From NCBI GenBank assembly GCA_964364285.1, contig CAYIKZ010000001.1:17237-81236 (forward strand): a stretch of DNA of 64,000 nt, read 5' to 3'. Position 1 is the stretch's first letter. Every line of letters starts with the position of its first letter. The position numbers and the translations under genes were made by a program. Under the pieces are notes generated by a model, which saw nothing but the letters and a program-made list of their open reading frames with translations, did no database searches and was not told where the DNA came from. Shown piece by piece: positions 49,024-59,597 of the stretch. The DNA is from an uncultured Candidatus Saccharibacteria bacterium. Its GTDB lineage: Bacteria > Patescibacteriota > Doudnabacteria > UBA920 > VMFF01.

Positions 49024-50082
49024 ATGGCAATTTTAGACTCATTTTTCGCAAAATTCAGCAAAGACATAGGGATTGATTTAGGGACAGCAAACACTCTGGT
49101 CTATGTAAAAGGCAAGGGTATTGTTATCAATGAGCCCTCTGTTGTTGCGTTAAACATCAAAACCAAGCAAATCCTGGCTATTGGCAATGAAGCCAAAAGA
49201 ATGGTTGGTAGAACCCCGCCTCATATAGTCGCTTCAAGGCCTTTAGTTGATGGTGTGGTCTCTGATTTTGAGATAACTGAGCAGATGCTTAGGTATTTCA
49301 TAAACAAGGTTCATCAACAGACATATTCTTTCTTAAGACGCCCAAGAGTGGTTATCGGTATCCCATCTGGTGTTACTGAGGTTGAAAAACGTGCTGTTCA
49401 GGACGCTGCTTTAAACGCTGGTGCTAGAATGGCATTTTTGATAGAAGAACCAATGGCAGCAGCAATTGGAAGTCGTTTACCTGTTCAGGATGCTGCTGGA
49501 TCAATGATTGTAGATATTGGTGGAGGAACATCGGAAATTGCTGTTATCTCTCTTGGCGGCGTGGTTATCTCTAAATCCTTGCGTATGGCAGGAGACAAGA
49601 TGAATGAATCAATCATTGAATACGCAAGAGACAACTTTAACTTACTTTTGGGAGAAAGAACAGCAGAGGACGTTAAGATTAAAATAGGTTCAGCCTATCC
49701 TTTGGAACAACCTTTGGAAACTTCAATGCGCGGACGTGATTTAGTAACAGGACTTCCAAAAGAAGTTTTTGTAAATGATACTCAGATCAGGGAAGCATTA
49801 GCTCCATCAGTTAGAGCAATTGTTAATAACATCAAAGCTGCGGTTGAAGAAACACCTCCTGAGTTGGTTGCAGATTTAATGCAAAAAGGAATCACGCTTG
49901 CTGGCGGAGGCGCTTTGCTTAGAGGACTAGATCGTTTAATAGCAGAGATTACTGAAATACCCGTGCATGTTGCAGATGACCCTTTGACCTCTGTTTGCCG
50001 GGGTTGTGGTGTTGTCGTAGAAGACCTTGAAACACTAAAAGATATATTAGTTAATACAACCTTTGAAAGAATTCCGAGATAG
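49024..50082 (+). CDS. second MreB-family actin homolog
   Basis: IGIDLGTANTLVY and DIGGGTSE motifs. Paralogous to mreB at 42389. Confidence 0.85.
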   Translation: MAILDSFFAKFSKDIGIDLGTANTLVYVKGKGIVINEPSVVALNIKTKQILAIGNEAKRMVGRTPPHIVASRPLVDGVVSDFEITEQMLRYFINKVHQQTYSFLRRPRVVIGIPSGVTEVEKRAVQDAALNAGARMAFLIEEPMAAAIGSRLPVQDAAGSMIVDIGGGTSEIAVISLGGVVISKSLRMAGDKMNESIIEYARDNFNLLLGERTAEDVKIKIGSAYPLEQPLETSMRGRDLVTGLPKEVFVNDTQIREALAPSVRAIVNNIKAAVEETPPELVADLMQKGITLAGGGALLRGLDRLIAEITEIPVHVADDPLTSVCRGCGVVVEDLETLKDILVNTTFERIPR

Positions 50083-50727
50083 TTAGAATATTTTCTTTAG
50101 GTCATCAAGCTTGCTTATTGTTTTCCAGGCAAGCTTTTTAATTTGTGAGTTTTTAAAAGTAATACCGTTTTTGGTTTTTGAAAACAAAGACCTGTCATTA
50201 TCACCGTCTCCAACAGGTGCGCAATGGTCAGCTGTAATTTTTAAATCTTTGCAAAGTTTTTCAAGCATCAGTAGTTTTGCTTCTGGATCATCTGCGATTG
50301 TATCTATTTTTCTTAATTTAGACTTAGAATCAAAAATAAACGTGTTATTTGCTAAAGCCATTTTTTTTGGAATGCCTAACTCTTTTGCAACAGTTTCTAC
50401 CAGCAGGTTTATTGATCCAGTGATTATCCCAATGTGGTATCCTTTGCTTTGTAAGTATTTAATTGTTTCTTTTGCGCCCTTCTTGTATTTGTATTTTTTA
50501 AGTACAGAAATAACCTCTTTTTTAGAAGGTTGAGAGTTTTTTAAGTACAAACGGAGTAGTCGTTGAATCCAGGAAACATATGGAAGTTTTCCCTTGAGAT
50601 AGTCAGAGACCATGTTTTTGTCCTGTTCTTTGGTGACACCAAAGGCAAAATTCAATCTCTGCCAAGAACTGTTCTTTATGAGTGTTTTATCTAGGTCAAA
50701 GACTATGAGTCTGATTTTTGATTTCAT
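50083..50727 (-). CDS. HAD-superfamily phosphatase (SerB-like, subfamily IB)
   Basis: FDLDKTL motif I and GDGDNDR motif IV. Confidence 0.65.
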   Translation of the reverse strand: MKSKIRLIVFDLDKTLIKNSSWQRLNFAFGVTKEQDKNMVSDYLKGKLPYVSWIQRLLRLYLKNSQPSKKEVISVLKKYKYKKGAKETIKYLQSKGYHIGIITGSINLLVETVAKELGIPKKMALANNTFIFDSKSKLRKIDTIADDPEAKLLMLEKLCKDLKITADHCAPVGDGDNDRSLFSKTKNGITFKNSQIKKLAWKTISKLDDLKKIF

Positions 50728-50758
50728 GCTAATATTATATCATTAAAGGAGCAGAACT

Positions 50759-51553
50759 ATGCGCTCAAACAGACAATTAGGTGTTTTTTCTTTACTCATA
50801 TTTTTAGGTCTTGTTTTGCTTGTATTAAGCATTAATGGGCTTTCTAGACCTTTGCAGAGCACTGGCGTTCAACCAAGTCGTCCTTTGGTATATATATTTT
50901 CTGGAATTGGTAATTCATTCAAAAGCTTTTTCTCATATTTCTCATCAGTTAATTCTGTAAACAAAAAGAACGCAGAGCTTAGCGAACAGGCTAGAAAATT
51001 ACAGCAAGAAAACGTTGCTTTGCAACAATACAGACTTGAGAATGAAAAACTAAAAGATGAATTGGAATACAGACAAAAAACAGCGCATAATTTAGTTTCA
51101 GCAACAGTTTTAGGAAAAGACCCAAGCGGTTTTAGCCAGAGCTTGGTTTTAAATATTGGCAGTGGTTCAGGGATTAAAGTTGGTGCAGCCGTTCTTTCAC
51201 AAGGGTATTTGATAGGGAAGATTGTTAGTGTTGATAGCTTTACATCTAAAGTTTTATTAGTTACTGATCCACAAAGCACGATTGATGCTCAAATTAGTGC
51301 AACAGGAGATAACGGGATTGTTCGCGGTTCTTATGGTTCTGGGATGATTATTGAAAATCTTTCTCAAAGCGCTGTGGTTAACAACAATGACCGAGTTATG
51401 ACAGCAGGATTAAGTTCCGAGATTCCAAAAGGTTTGTTAATTGGTAACATTGGTCAGCTACAGTCTCAAAAAAGCGACCTCTTACAAAAAGCTACAGTGA
51501 TTTCAGGTGTTGATTTAAAGAACTTAGAATTTGTTTCAATCATAAAGGAGTAG
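50759..51553 (+). CDS. mreC: rod shape-determining protein MreC
   Basis: N-terminal TM plus coiled coil (LQQENVALQQYRLENEKLKDELE) and C-terminal beta domain. Confidence 0.7.
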   Translation: MRSNRQLGVFSLLIFLGLVLLVLSINGLSRPLQSTGVQPSRPLVYIFSGIGNSFKSFFSYFSSVNSVNKKNAELSEQARKLQQENVALQQYRLENEKLKDELEYRQKTAHNLVSATVLGKDPSGFSQSLVLNIGSGSGIKVGAAVLSQGYLIGKIVSVDSFTSKVLLVTDPQSTIDAQISATGDNGIVRGSYGSGMIIENLSQSAVVNNNDRVMTAGLSSEIPKGLLIGNIGQLQSQKSDLLQKATVISGVDLKNLEFVSIIKE

Positions 51554-51554
51554 C

Positions 51555-52076
51555 ATGGCAAAGGTTGTCATATATACAATCGTAGTAATTCTTTTGCTTT
51601 CTTTAAGCATTGTTTTTCCAAAGATAGGTGCTTCAGCTCCGAGTTTTTTGTTTTTGTTGGCAGTTGTTTATGCTTTTAGGAAAGATGATTCTGATTATCT
51701 TTGGTTAGCGTTCTTTTCAGGATTAGCTCTTGATTTGTATACCAATACTTTTTTGGGGATATTCGCGCTTTCTTTTTTAATTGTTGCTTTCATTATTAAT
51801 TACACTACTAGAACATTTTTCAGCTCTGATTTAAGTTTTGTATATATTGGTGTGGTTGTTACTTTAGCATATTTATTAGTCGTTGGTTTGGTGTATATTC
51901 TTAACTCAATTGCTTCTCGTTTTGGTACATCACTGCCGATCTCAGGAGAATATCTAACGGTTAAGATTTGGTTGGATTTGTTTTTAAACCTAGTATTTGT
52001 TGCACCAATGTATTTTCTCTCGTTATTTAATGATAGGATAATTAATTACTACTCAAAAGATGAAGGATCCTTTTAG
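51555..52076 (+). CDS. mreD: rod shape-determining protein MreD-like membrane protein
   Basis: Small polytopic membrane protein between mreC and the PBP2 gene. Confidence 0.5.
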   Translation: MAKVVIYTIVVILLLSLSIVFPKIGASAPSFLFLLAVVYAFRKDDSDYLWLAFFSGLALDLYTNTFLGIFALSFLIVAFIINYTTRTFFSSDLSFVYIGVVVTLAYLLVVGLVYILNSIASRFGTSLPISGEYLTVKIWLDLFLNLVFVAPMYFLSLFNDRIINYYSKDEGSF

Positions 52077-53982
52077 CGTTTACAATTCAAATTTTGAGAA
52101 GAAAGCCCATCGCCCAAAGCTTGATTGGGAAGAGGGTGCTTTGTTTCAGGCAAGCGAACCCGATGATTATTATGAAGGGCAGAATGAAGATTCTAGGATT
52201 ACTTTCTATGTAGGCATAGTTGTTGTTGTTTTTCTTGTTCTTTTTGGACGTTTAATAGTTTTACAAATTGCTCAAGGAGAACACTTTAGAACTCTTGCTG
52301 ATCAGAATCGTTTAAGAGTTCAAGAAATTCTTGCTCCAAGAGGTATTATCTATGATTCACAGGGAAAACAGTTGGTTGAAAATGTTCCAAGTTTTGAGTT
52401 AGTTGTAACACCAGCGGATTTACCAAAAGAATATCAGCCAAGCATTCGAACGCTCGCTGATTTAATGGGTTTTGAAGCAGATCCTTTGATTGAAGAAATA
52501 CAAAAAAAGAGCTCAACATCATATCAGCCAATTAGTGTAATGCAGAATCTTCCTAAAGACTACGCGCTTTTGTTTGAATCAAAAGCAAGTCAGTTCCTTG
52601 GTTTTGCAATAGAACATAATCCAATACGACAGTATCCCGATGCTTTAGTTTTTTCTCATCTCTTAGGTTACACAGGAAAAATTACAGATCAAGAACTTTC
52701 AAACCAAGAAGATGGTGAATATGCATACAATGACTATATCGGTAAAACTGGTATTGAGGCAGAATATGAAAAATATCTCCGTGGTGTTTCAGGAAAAAAA
52801 CAAGTTGAAGTTGATGCTAAAGGAAACTTAAAATCCTTGCATGGACAGATTGATCCTGAACCAGGTGATTCTTTAATATTGAACATTGATTCAGAATTAC
52901 AAAAAGAACTTTACAAAAATATTGTTGCGCACAATGGAAACAAAAAAGCAGCAGCAATAGCTCTTGATCCGCAAAACGGTAAAGTTTTGGCTTTAGTTTC
53001 TTTACCTGGTTTTGATAATAATCTGTTTTCACAAGGAATTTCTCAGAAAGACTATCTAAAATTAACCACTGATCCAAAAAAACCTCTTTTCAACAGAGCC
53101 ATCTCAGGAACATATCCTCCTGGTTCTACAATTAAACCCGTGATTGCTTCAGCAGCATTGCAAGAAGGAGTAGTTGATGAAAAAACTGTCATCTATGACA
53201 ATGGTGATTTGGTTTATGGTGGTTTCCACTTCCGTGGTTGGAAAGAAGACGGTTTAGGTCCAATGACTGTTAGAAGTGCAATTGCAATGTCTTCAGATAT
53301 ATATTTCTATACAGTTGGTGGAGGACAGTCAGCCTTAAATATCGCAGGACTTGGTCCTGAAAGACTTGCTAAATATGACAAGCTTTTTGGAATGGGTTCT
53401 CCTCTTGGAATTGATTTACCTTCAGAAGCAGCTGGTTTGGTTGCTGATCCATATTGGAAAAAGAACCATTTTGATACAAAGGAAATGCAGATTTGGTACC
53501 CAGGAGACACCTATCACGTCTCTATTGGACAAGGGGATATGTTAGCAACACCATTGCAGGTTGCTATGTGGACTTCTGTGGTTGCAAATGGCGGTACCTT
53601 GTATCGACCGTATATTCTTGATAGAGTTACAGATGTTGAAAACAAAGTGATTTTTGAAAAGAAACAAGAAGTCATTCGTTCAGATTTCATTGATGCTAAA
53701 AACATTGAAATTGTTAGAGAAGGTATGCGCATGACAGTAACTCAAGGAACCGCAAGGAGTTTAAGTACTTTGCCTGTAACTGTAGCTGGGAAGACTGGAA
53801 CCGCGCAATTTGATTCTGCAAATCCTGCTGCAACACACGCTTGGTTTACAGCTTTCGCGCCTTACGAAAATCCAAGAATCGTTATTACAGTTTTAATTGA
53901 AGCTGGAGGTGAGGGTTCATCCGCTGCTTCCCCCGTTGTTAAAGAAACATTATTATGGTGGGCAGAGCATAGAAACAAATGA
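52060..53982 (+). CDS. mrdA: penicillin-binding protein 2 (elongasome transpeptidase)
   Basis: STIKP (SxxK), SSD (SxN-like) and KTGTAQ motifs. N-terminal TM. Confidence 0.85.
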   Translation: MKDPFSVYNSNFEKKAHRPKLDWEEGALFQASEPDDYYEGQNEDSRITFYVGIVVVVFLVLFGRLIVLQIAQGEHFRTLADQNRLRVQEILAPRGIIYDSQGKQLVENVPSFELVVTPADLPKEYQPSIRTLADLMGFEADPLIEEIQKKSSTSYQPISVMQNLPKDYALLFESKASQFLGFAIEHNPIRQYPDALVFSHLLGYTGKITDQELSNQEDGEYAYNDYIGKTGIEAEYEKYLRGVSGKKQVEVDAKGNLKSLHGQIDPEPGDSLILNIDSELQKELYKNIVAHNGNKKAAAIALDPQNGKVLALVSLPGFDNNLFSQGISQKDYLKLTTDPKKPLFNRAISGTYPPGSTIKPVIASAALQEGVVDEKTVIYDNGDLVYGGFHFRGWKEDGLGPMTVRSAIAMSSDIYFYTVGGGQSALNIAGLGPERLAKYDKLFGMGSPLGIDLPSEAAGLVADPYWKKNHFDTKEMQIWYPGDTYHVSIGQGDMLATPLQVAMWTSVVANGGTLYRPYILDRVTDVENKVIFEKKQEVIRSDFIDAKNIEIVREGMRMTVTQGTARSLSTLPVTVAGKTGTAQFDSANPAATHAWFTAFAPYENPRIVITVLIEAGGEGSSAASPVVKETLLWWAEHRNK

Positions 53983-54812
53983 TTATAGATGGAAGAAAAA
54001 TAGCAAGGGAAATATTAGATCAACTTAAAACAGAAGTTGCGTCTTTAGATTTTAAACCAAAACTAATTGATGTTTTCGTTGGTTCTGATCCAGTTATAGA
54101 ATCATACGTAAATATTAAAGCTAAAAGAGCTTTTGAAACTGGTATTGATTTTGAGATCAAGAAATACCCTCAAGATGTTTTAGAGGAGACTTTGGTTGCT
54201 GATATTAAAAAAATGAACAGCGTAGAAAACATTTGCGGTCTCATTGTTCAATTGCCTCTCCCAAAACATCTAGACAAACAAGCAGTTATGAATGCAATTA
54301 ATCCAGATATTGATGTTGATATGATAACCTCAGTTAGTTTGGGAGAACTTTTTACAGGGCAGCAAAAAATTATGCCAGCAACAGCTTCCGCAATTTTGAG
54401 GATGCTCCAAGAGTTAAATATTGATCTTAGAGGCAAACATGTTTTAGTTGTTGGAGCAGGAGACTTAGTTGGTAAACCAGTTACTTTCTTGTTAATGCAA
54501 ACAGGAGCAACAGTTACAGTTGCAAATCAATCAACTCAAGACCTTTCAAGTCTTTGTCTTTCTGCTGACATCATAATAAGTGGAACAGGGGTTCCTGGTT
54601 TGATTAAGCCTTCAATGGTTAGAGCAGAAAGTATTGTCATTGATGCAGGTACCGCAGAATCAAACAGTGGTATTTCAGGAGATGTTGATTTTGAGGGTAT
54701 CAAAGATAAGGTTTTTGCTGTTTCTCCAGTTCCAGGTGGAGTTGGACCAGTTACAGTAGCCATGCTTTTAAGCAATGTAGTTGCTGTTGCCAAAAGACGA
54801 ACAGCTAATTGA
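53979..54812 (+). CDS. folD: bifunctional methylenetetrahydrofolate dehydrogenase/cyclohydrolase
   Basis: FolD family (IIDGRKIA..., GxGxxVG Rossmann, PVPGGVGP). Confidence 0.88.
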   Translation: MIIDGRKIAREILDQLKTEVASLDFKPKLIDVFVGSDPVIESYVNIKAKRAFETGIDFEIKKYPQDVLEETLVADIKKMNSVENICGLIVQLPLPKHLDKQAVMNAINPDIDVDMITSVSLGELFTGQQKIMPATASAILRMLQELNIDLRGKHVLVVGAGDLVGKPVTFLLMQTGATVTVANQSTQDLSSLCLSADIIISGTGVPGLIKPSMVRAESIVIDAGTAESNSGISGDVDFEGIKDKVFAVSPVPGGVGPVTVAMLLSNVVAVAKRRTAN

Positions 54813-54837
54813 CAATAGCCGCAAAATCGCATAATAT
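54809..54837 (+). promoter_or_regulatory. sigma70-type promoter for greA
   Basis: TTGACA-17 bp-TAATAT overlapping the folD 3' end. Confidence 0.5.
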
Positions 54838-54892
54838 AATCCCAGCGCAAAAGCCGTAAAGCCCCCGCGCTTTTATATTTAAAATTACGAAA

Positions 54893-55372
54893 ATGAGCCA
54901 AAGAAAATTCTTGTTAACCCCAGAAGGGTTGGAAAAACTAAATGAAGAATTAAAGGTTTTGATAAATGAGAAACGCAAGGAAGTAATTGAACGTATTCAA
55001 GAAGCAGTTGCCCACGGAGATCTTTCTGAGAACGCAGATTATGCACAAGCAAAGGAAGAACAGTCTTTCATTGAAGGACGAATACAGGAAATTGAGGACA
55101 TGATTAAGAATGCTGAGATCATTGATACGCACGGCAAGCACAACACAGTCATGGTAGGTTCTACTGCAACAGTTTTGGTCTATGATGACAAGGAACAAAA
55201 AAGTGAGAGAAAATATACCATTGTTGGTGCTAACGAAGCAAACCCTGCTGAAGGCAAGATCTCGAATGAATCCTTAGTTGGAAAAGCATTGCTTGGACGA
55301 AAGGCTTCAGAAAAGATTAAGGTTGCTACTCCTGCCGGAGAAATGACCTACGAAATTACACATATCGAATAG
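54893..55372 (+). CDS. greA: transcription elongation factor GreA
   Basis: N-terminal coiled-coil with conserved DLSENADY, and C-terminal FKBP-like domain. Confidence 0.9.
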   Translation: MSQRKFLLTPEGLEKLNEELKVLINEKRKEVIERIQEAVAHGDLSENADYAQAKEEQSFIEGRIQEIEDMIKNAEIIDTHGKHNTVMVGSTATVLVYDDKEQKSERKYTIVGANEANPAEGKISNESLVGKALLGRKASEKIKVATPAGEMTYEITHIE

Positions 55373-55376
55373 TCTA

Positions 55377-55400
55377 AACCCCCGAGAGCTCGGGGGTTTT
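55377..55400 (+). terminator. rho-independent terminator after greA
   Basis: CCCCCGAG-AG-CTCGGGGG plus T-run. Confidence 0.7.
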
Positions 55401-55455
55401 AATTTTGCCCAAAAACCTTTAAATTGGTATAATTTGAAAGTATTAAATCAACAAA

Positions 55456-56910
55456 ATGTCTGAAAGAATTGAAGATATAATCGAGTTTAGAAAGAGAAAA
55501 CTAGCTGCATTAAAAGCTGCTGGGATTGATCCATATCCTTCATCAACAAAAAGAGACCATACCAACCAGGAAGCACTGGATAACTTTGATGCGCTAGCTG
55601 AAACAAAGAAAGAAATTACTGTTGTTGGAAGAATTAGAAGTTTAAGAACACAAGGTAAGATTACCTTTGCACACATTGAAGATGGAACAACAAAAATCCA
55701 GTTGTTTTTTAAGGCTGACAATCTTGCAGAGAAATTTGTTTTACTTGAGAATTTTGATCTGGGAGATTTCATTGAAGCAACAGGAGTTTTGTTTAAAACC
55801 AAGACTGAAGAAAAAACTTTGGATGTTTCAGATTTCAAAATGCTTGCAAAATCATTAAGACCTCTTCCTTCTGAACACTATGGTCTTTCTGACATGGAAA
55901 TAAGGTTGCGCCAAAGATACCTAGATCTTTTAATGAACCCTGAAGCAAGAGAAATGTTTGTTAAGAAGTCTAAGTTTTGGGCAGCAACTCAAAAGTTTTT
56001 AGTTGATCAAGGATTTTTACAGGTTGAAGCTCCAGTTTTAGAATCAATTCCTGGAGGTGCTGAAGCAGAGCCATTTATCACTCATCATAATGCGCTTGAT
56101 CGTGATTTTTACTTGCGTATTTCTTTAGAGCTTCCTTTAAAGAAGTTAATTGTTGGTGGGTATGAAAAAGTTTTTGAGATTGGAAGAATATTTAGAAACG
56201 AGGGAATTTCAACAACACATCTTCAAGACTATACTCAGATGGAGTTTTATTGGGCTTACGCTGATTTTGAAATGCTGAAAAAGTTTTTACAGCAAATGTA
56301 CCAGTACATCATCCAAGAAACATTTGGAACCTTGAAAATTGTTTCAGAAGGACACGAGGTTGACTGGAGCGGTGACTGGGAAGATGTCGACTATTTTCTA
56401 ACCTTCAAAAAACACACAGGCTTAGATCTAGAAACAGCAACAGATGAAGACCTGGAAGCATATGCGAAAAAGAATAAGATTAAATTTGGAGAGTTTGCGG
56501 GACGTGGTCGTTTAATAGACCTCATATTTAAGAAAATCCGTGCAGAGTTAGGTTTGAACAAACCAGTTTTTTTGGTTAACCAACCATTAGAATTAGAGCC
56601 ACTTGCTAAAAGAGATCCTAAGAATCCAAAGGTTGTTCAGAGGTTGCAGGTCTTAGCATATGGCACTGAACTCGGTAAAGGCTTTGGTGAATTAAATGAC
56701 CCAATAGATCAAAGATCAAGATTTGAAGATCAAATGAAACTTCGAGAAAAAGGGGATACTGAAGCACAAATGATTGATGAAGACTACCTCCAAGCAATGG
56801 AATATGGAATGCCGCCTTTAGCAGGATTTGGTATGTCTGAAAGACTATTTGCTGTTTTGTATGACAAGTCAGTTCGCGAGACAGTCATTTTCCCACCAAT
56901 GAAGGATTAA
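55456..56910 (+). CDS. lysS: lysyl-tRNA synthetase, class II
   Basis: N-terminal OB anticodon-binding domain and class II motifs 1-3. Confidence 0.92.
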   Translation: MSERIEDIIEFRKRKLAALKAAGIDPYPSSTKRDHTNQEALDNFDALAETKKEITVVGRIRSLRTQGKITFAHIEDGTTKIQLFFKADNLAEKFVLLENFDLGDFIEATGVLFKTKTEEKTLDVSDFKMLAKSLRPLPSEHYGLSDMEIRLRQRYLDLLMNPEAREMFVKKSKFWAATQKFLVDQGFLQVEAPVLESIPGGAEAEPFITHHNALDRDFYLRISLELPLKKLIVGGYEKVFEIGRIFRNEGISTTHLQDYTQMEFYWAYADFEMLKKFLQQMYQYIIQETFGTLKIVSEGHEVDWSGDWEDVDYFLTFKKHTGLDLETATDEDLEAYAKKNKIKFGEFAGRGRLIDLIFKKIRAELGLNKPVFLVNQPLELEPLAKRDPKNPKVVQRLQVLAYGTELGKGFGELNDPIDQRSRFEDQMKLREKGDTEAQMIDEDYLQAMEYGMPPLAGFGMSERLFAVLYDKSVRETVIFPPMKD

Positions 56911-56913
56911 TAT

Positions 56914-57354
56914 ATGGCAGCGCAAAAGCAACTCGTTATTGTTTGTGCAATAATTACGAATGAGAATGGAGAGGTGCTTTTAACAAAGCGTAATGATCCA
57001 GGAACTAGCTGGCATGAAAAGCTAGAGTTTCCTGGAGGAAAAATAGACTTTGGTGAAGATCCTGAAGTGGCTGTTGTCAGGGAAGCTAAGGAAGAATCTG
57101 GATTTGATGTAGAGGTCGTCAGACTGTTACCAAAGATATACTCCAGTTATTATCCGGCTGAACCAAATGATAAAGAGTTTCCTGATACAGAATTACAAAT
57201 CATCATAATTTCGTACCATTGTAAGATTATTGGAGGAGAGTTTAAACCTGATGATCGAGAAGTACTTTCTGGCGCTTTCTACAAAAGAGACAATATTGAT
57301 TATACAAATGCTTTGCGATACTGCAAAGAGATAATTGAGCTGTTAGATAAATAA
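56914..57354 (+). CDS. NUDIX hydrolase
   Basis: Nudix box GGKIDFGEDPEVAVVREAKEESG. Confidence 0.75.
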   Translation: MAAQKQLVIVCAIITNENGEVLLTKRNDPGTSWHEKLEFPGGKIDFGEDPEVAVVREAKEESGFDVEVVRLLPKIYSSYYPAEPNDKEFPDTELQIIIISYHCKIIGGEFKPDDREVLSGAFYKRDNIDYTNALRYCKEIIELLDK

Positions 57355-57364
57355 AGGGAAAAAC

Positions 57365-58645
57365 ATGTTAGACATAAAATACATCAGAGAAAATCCGGAT
57401 TTAATAAAGAAAACCGTTGCTGACAAAAAAGGCAAGGTTAACATTGATCGTCTTTTGGAAGTTGATGAACAGCGCAGAAAATTAAGAACAGAAATAGAAA
57501 ACTTAAACCAGGAAAAAAACATTGCTGCAAAAGATAAAGATGTTAAAAGAGGAAAGCTGGTTAAAGAAAACCTTGTTTCCTTAGAAGAAAAGTTTGCGGT
57601 TTTAGATGCTGAATATACTGAGTTAATGTATGCAGTACCAAATATTCCATCTGCTAATACACCAGTTGGTCCTGATGAGTCTGCAAATACAGTAATTTCT
57701 AAACATGGTGATGTTCCAGATTTTTCGTTTAAACCAAAAGAACATTGGCAACTTGGTAAAGAGTTAGGGATTATTGATACAGAAACAGCAGCTGAAGTGA
57801 CTGGTGCTCGTTTTGCATACTTAAAAGGAGACATGGCTCTTTTAGAGTTTGCTGTGATTCAATTAGTACTTAGTATTTTGACTGATGAAACTATCATTGC
57901 AAAAGTTGCTAAAAAAGCAGGTTTAAATATTTCAACAAAGCCTTTTGTTCCTGTATTGCCCCCAGTAATGATTAAACCAGAGGTAATGCAAAGAATGGGA
58001 CGTTTAGAGCCAAAAGAAGAAAGATATTACATTCCAAGTGATGATTTGTATTTGGTTGGAAGCGCAGAACATACTCTTGGTCCAATTCACATGGATCAAA
58101 CAATCCCAGAAGATGAGTTGCCAATTAGGTACATTGGTTTTTCAACAGCTTTCAGAAGAGAGGCTGGTTCATACGGCAAGGATATGAAAGGAATTTTAAG
58201 AGTGCATCAGTTTGATAAGCTGGAGATGGAAACATATACAACCGCTGAAAACGGAACTGATGAACAGTTGTTAATAGTTGCTTTACAAGAGCATATTAAT
58301 CAGTGCTTAGAATTGCCATATCAAGTAGTGGAGATTAGCACAGGAGATATGGGTGCTCCTGACTATCGCCAGATAGATATTGAAACATGGCTTCCAGGAC
58401 AAGATCGTTACAGAGAAACCCACACTTCTGATTACATGACTGATTTTCAATCAAGAAGATTAAACATCAAAGTAAAAAGAAAAGACGGTAAAACAGAGTT
58501 GGTGTATATGAACGATGCGACTGCTGCAGCCGGAAGAACTTTAATCGCAATTTTAGAAAATTATCAACAAGAAGACGGCACAATCGTAATTCCAGAAGCA
58601 TTGCAGCCTTTCATGTTTGGCAAAAAGAAAATTACAAAAGCTTAG
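57365..58645 (+). CDS. serS: seryl-tRNA synthetase
   Basis: N-terminal coiled-coil arm plus class II core (motif 2 FRRE, motif 3 GxGxGxxR-like). Confidence 0.92.
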   Translation: MLDIKYIRENPDLIKKTVADKKGKVNIDRLLEVDEQRRKLRTEIENLNQEKNIAAKDKDVKRGKLVKENLVSLEEKFAVLDAEYTELMYAVPNIPSANTPVGPDESANTVISKHGDVPDFSFKPKEHWQLGKELGIIDTETAAEVTGARFAYLKGDMALLEFAVIQLVLSILTDETIIAKVAKKAGLNISTKPFVPVLPPVMIKPEVMQRMGRLEPKEERYYIPSDDLYLVGSAEHTLGPIHMDQTIPEDELPIRYIGFSTAFRREAGSYGKDMKGILRVHQFDKLEMETYTTAENGTDEQLLIVALQEHINQCLELPYQVVEISTGDMGAPDYRQIDIETWLPGQDRYRETHTSDYMTDFQSRRLNIKVKRKDGKTELVYMNDATAAAGRTLIAILENYQQEDGTIVIPEALQPFMFGKKKITKA

Positions 58646-58664
58646 TTTTAAAAGCAAATACATA

Positions 58665-59591
58665 ATGGACACAAAACGCTTTAATCAACCGGAATACAAA
58701 AGCCAGATTCAAGGCGCTCGTAAATACAAGAGAGAAGTGCATAAAGCGCCAGAAGAACCTTTAAAAAAACTCTTGTACTATTTAGGTCTTGATACTTGGC
58801 AGCGTAAAACAATAGCTTCATTGATTTTTGTTTTTTTTGTATATTGCATATATTTTGCTCCTTTTTTGAAACTAAACAGCATTGAAATATCAGGAACAGA
58901 TCAACAAGCAGCTTCCAAGATCGAAGAGAACTTTAATGAATACATACAGAAATACAGAGTAGGAATCTTTCCTAGAAAAAACATTTTCTTTTTTGGCACA
59001 CGTTCTTTTACAGACTATCTTCTAGAAAACAATTATCAGGTTGCAGCAGTCATAGAAATTAAAAGAAAACCTTTGCATAAGGTTGTGGTAGAAATAAATC
59101 AGAGAATACCGGAGTTTGTTTTAGAACAGGGTTTGAATAACTATGTGTTAAATTCAGATTCAACTATTGGTAGTAGTATCACATCAGAACAGATCCTCTC
59201 AGATTTCAAGGCATTCAAAAAAGTTAAAGACAGTGCAGAAGAAGTAGTTAATCCTGGTGAAAAGTTTCTTAATACTCAAAAAAATGATTTTTTACAGTAT
59301 TTAAATGATAACATTGAAAAGAAAATGTCTCTGCCTATTGAATCATTTGAGGTTCCAGGCAGAGCCTCTGATCAGTTAATAGTTCATCTGAAAAAAGGCT
59401 TTGTTGGATACTTTAATTCAACCGCAGACCCAAAAATCTTCCTTGATCGTTTCTATACCCTTTGGATTCAACTAACACCGGATCAACAAAATCGTTTAGC
59501 ATATTTTGATCTGCGTTTTGAAAAAAATGCCTATGCTTGTTTTAAAGGGGATAAGTGCGCTAGTTCAAATATTAATTTAGAATCTAATTAA
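58665..59591 (+). CDS. FtsQ/DivIB-like cell-division protein (TM plus POTRA)
   Basis: Single TM followed by a POTRA-like segment (LNSIEISGTDQ...). Start set at the internal ATG because the upstream part overlaps serS. Confidence 0.45.
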   Translation: MDTKRFNQPEYKSQIQGARKYKREVHKAPEEPLKKLLYYLGLDTWQRKTIASLIFVFFVYCIYFAPFLKLNSIEISGTDQQAASKIEENFNEYIQKYRVGIFPRKNIFFFGTRSFTDYLLENNYQVAAVIEIKRKPLHKVVVEINQRIPEFVLEQGLNNYVLNSDSTIGSSITSEQILSDFKAFKKVKDSAEEVVNPGEKFLNTQKNDFLQYLNDNIEKKMSLPIESFEVPGRASDQLIVHLKKGFVGYFNSTADPKIFLDRFYTLWIQLTPDQQNRLAYFDLRFEKNAYACFKGDKCASSNINLESN

Positions 59592-59597
59592 TTAAAA

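Noticed and set aside
58617-58664. Annotated start of the FtsQ-like ORF overlapping the serS 3' end (MAKRKLQKLSFKSKYI)
   Set aside because: A 29-nt overlap with serS is less likely than initiation at the internal ATG (MDTKRF) just after the serS stop.
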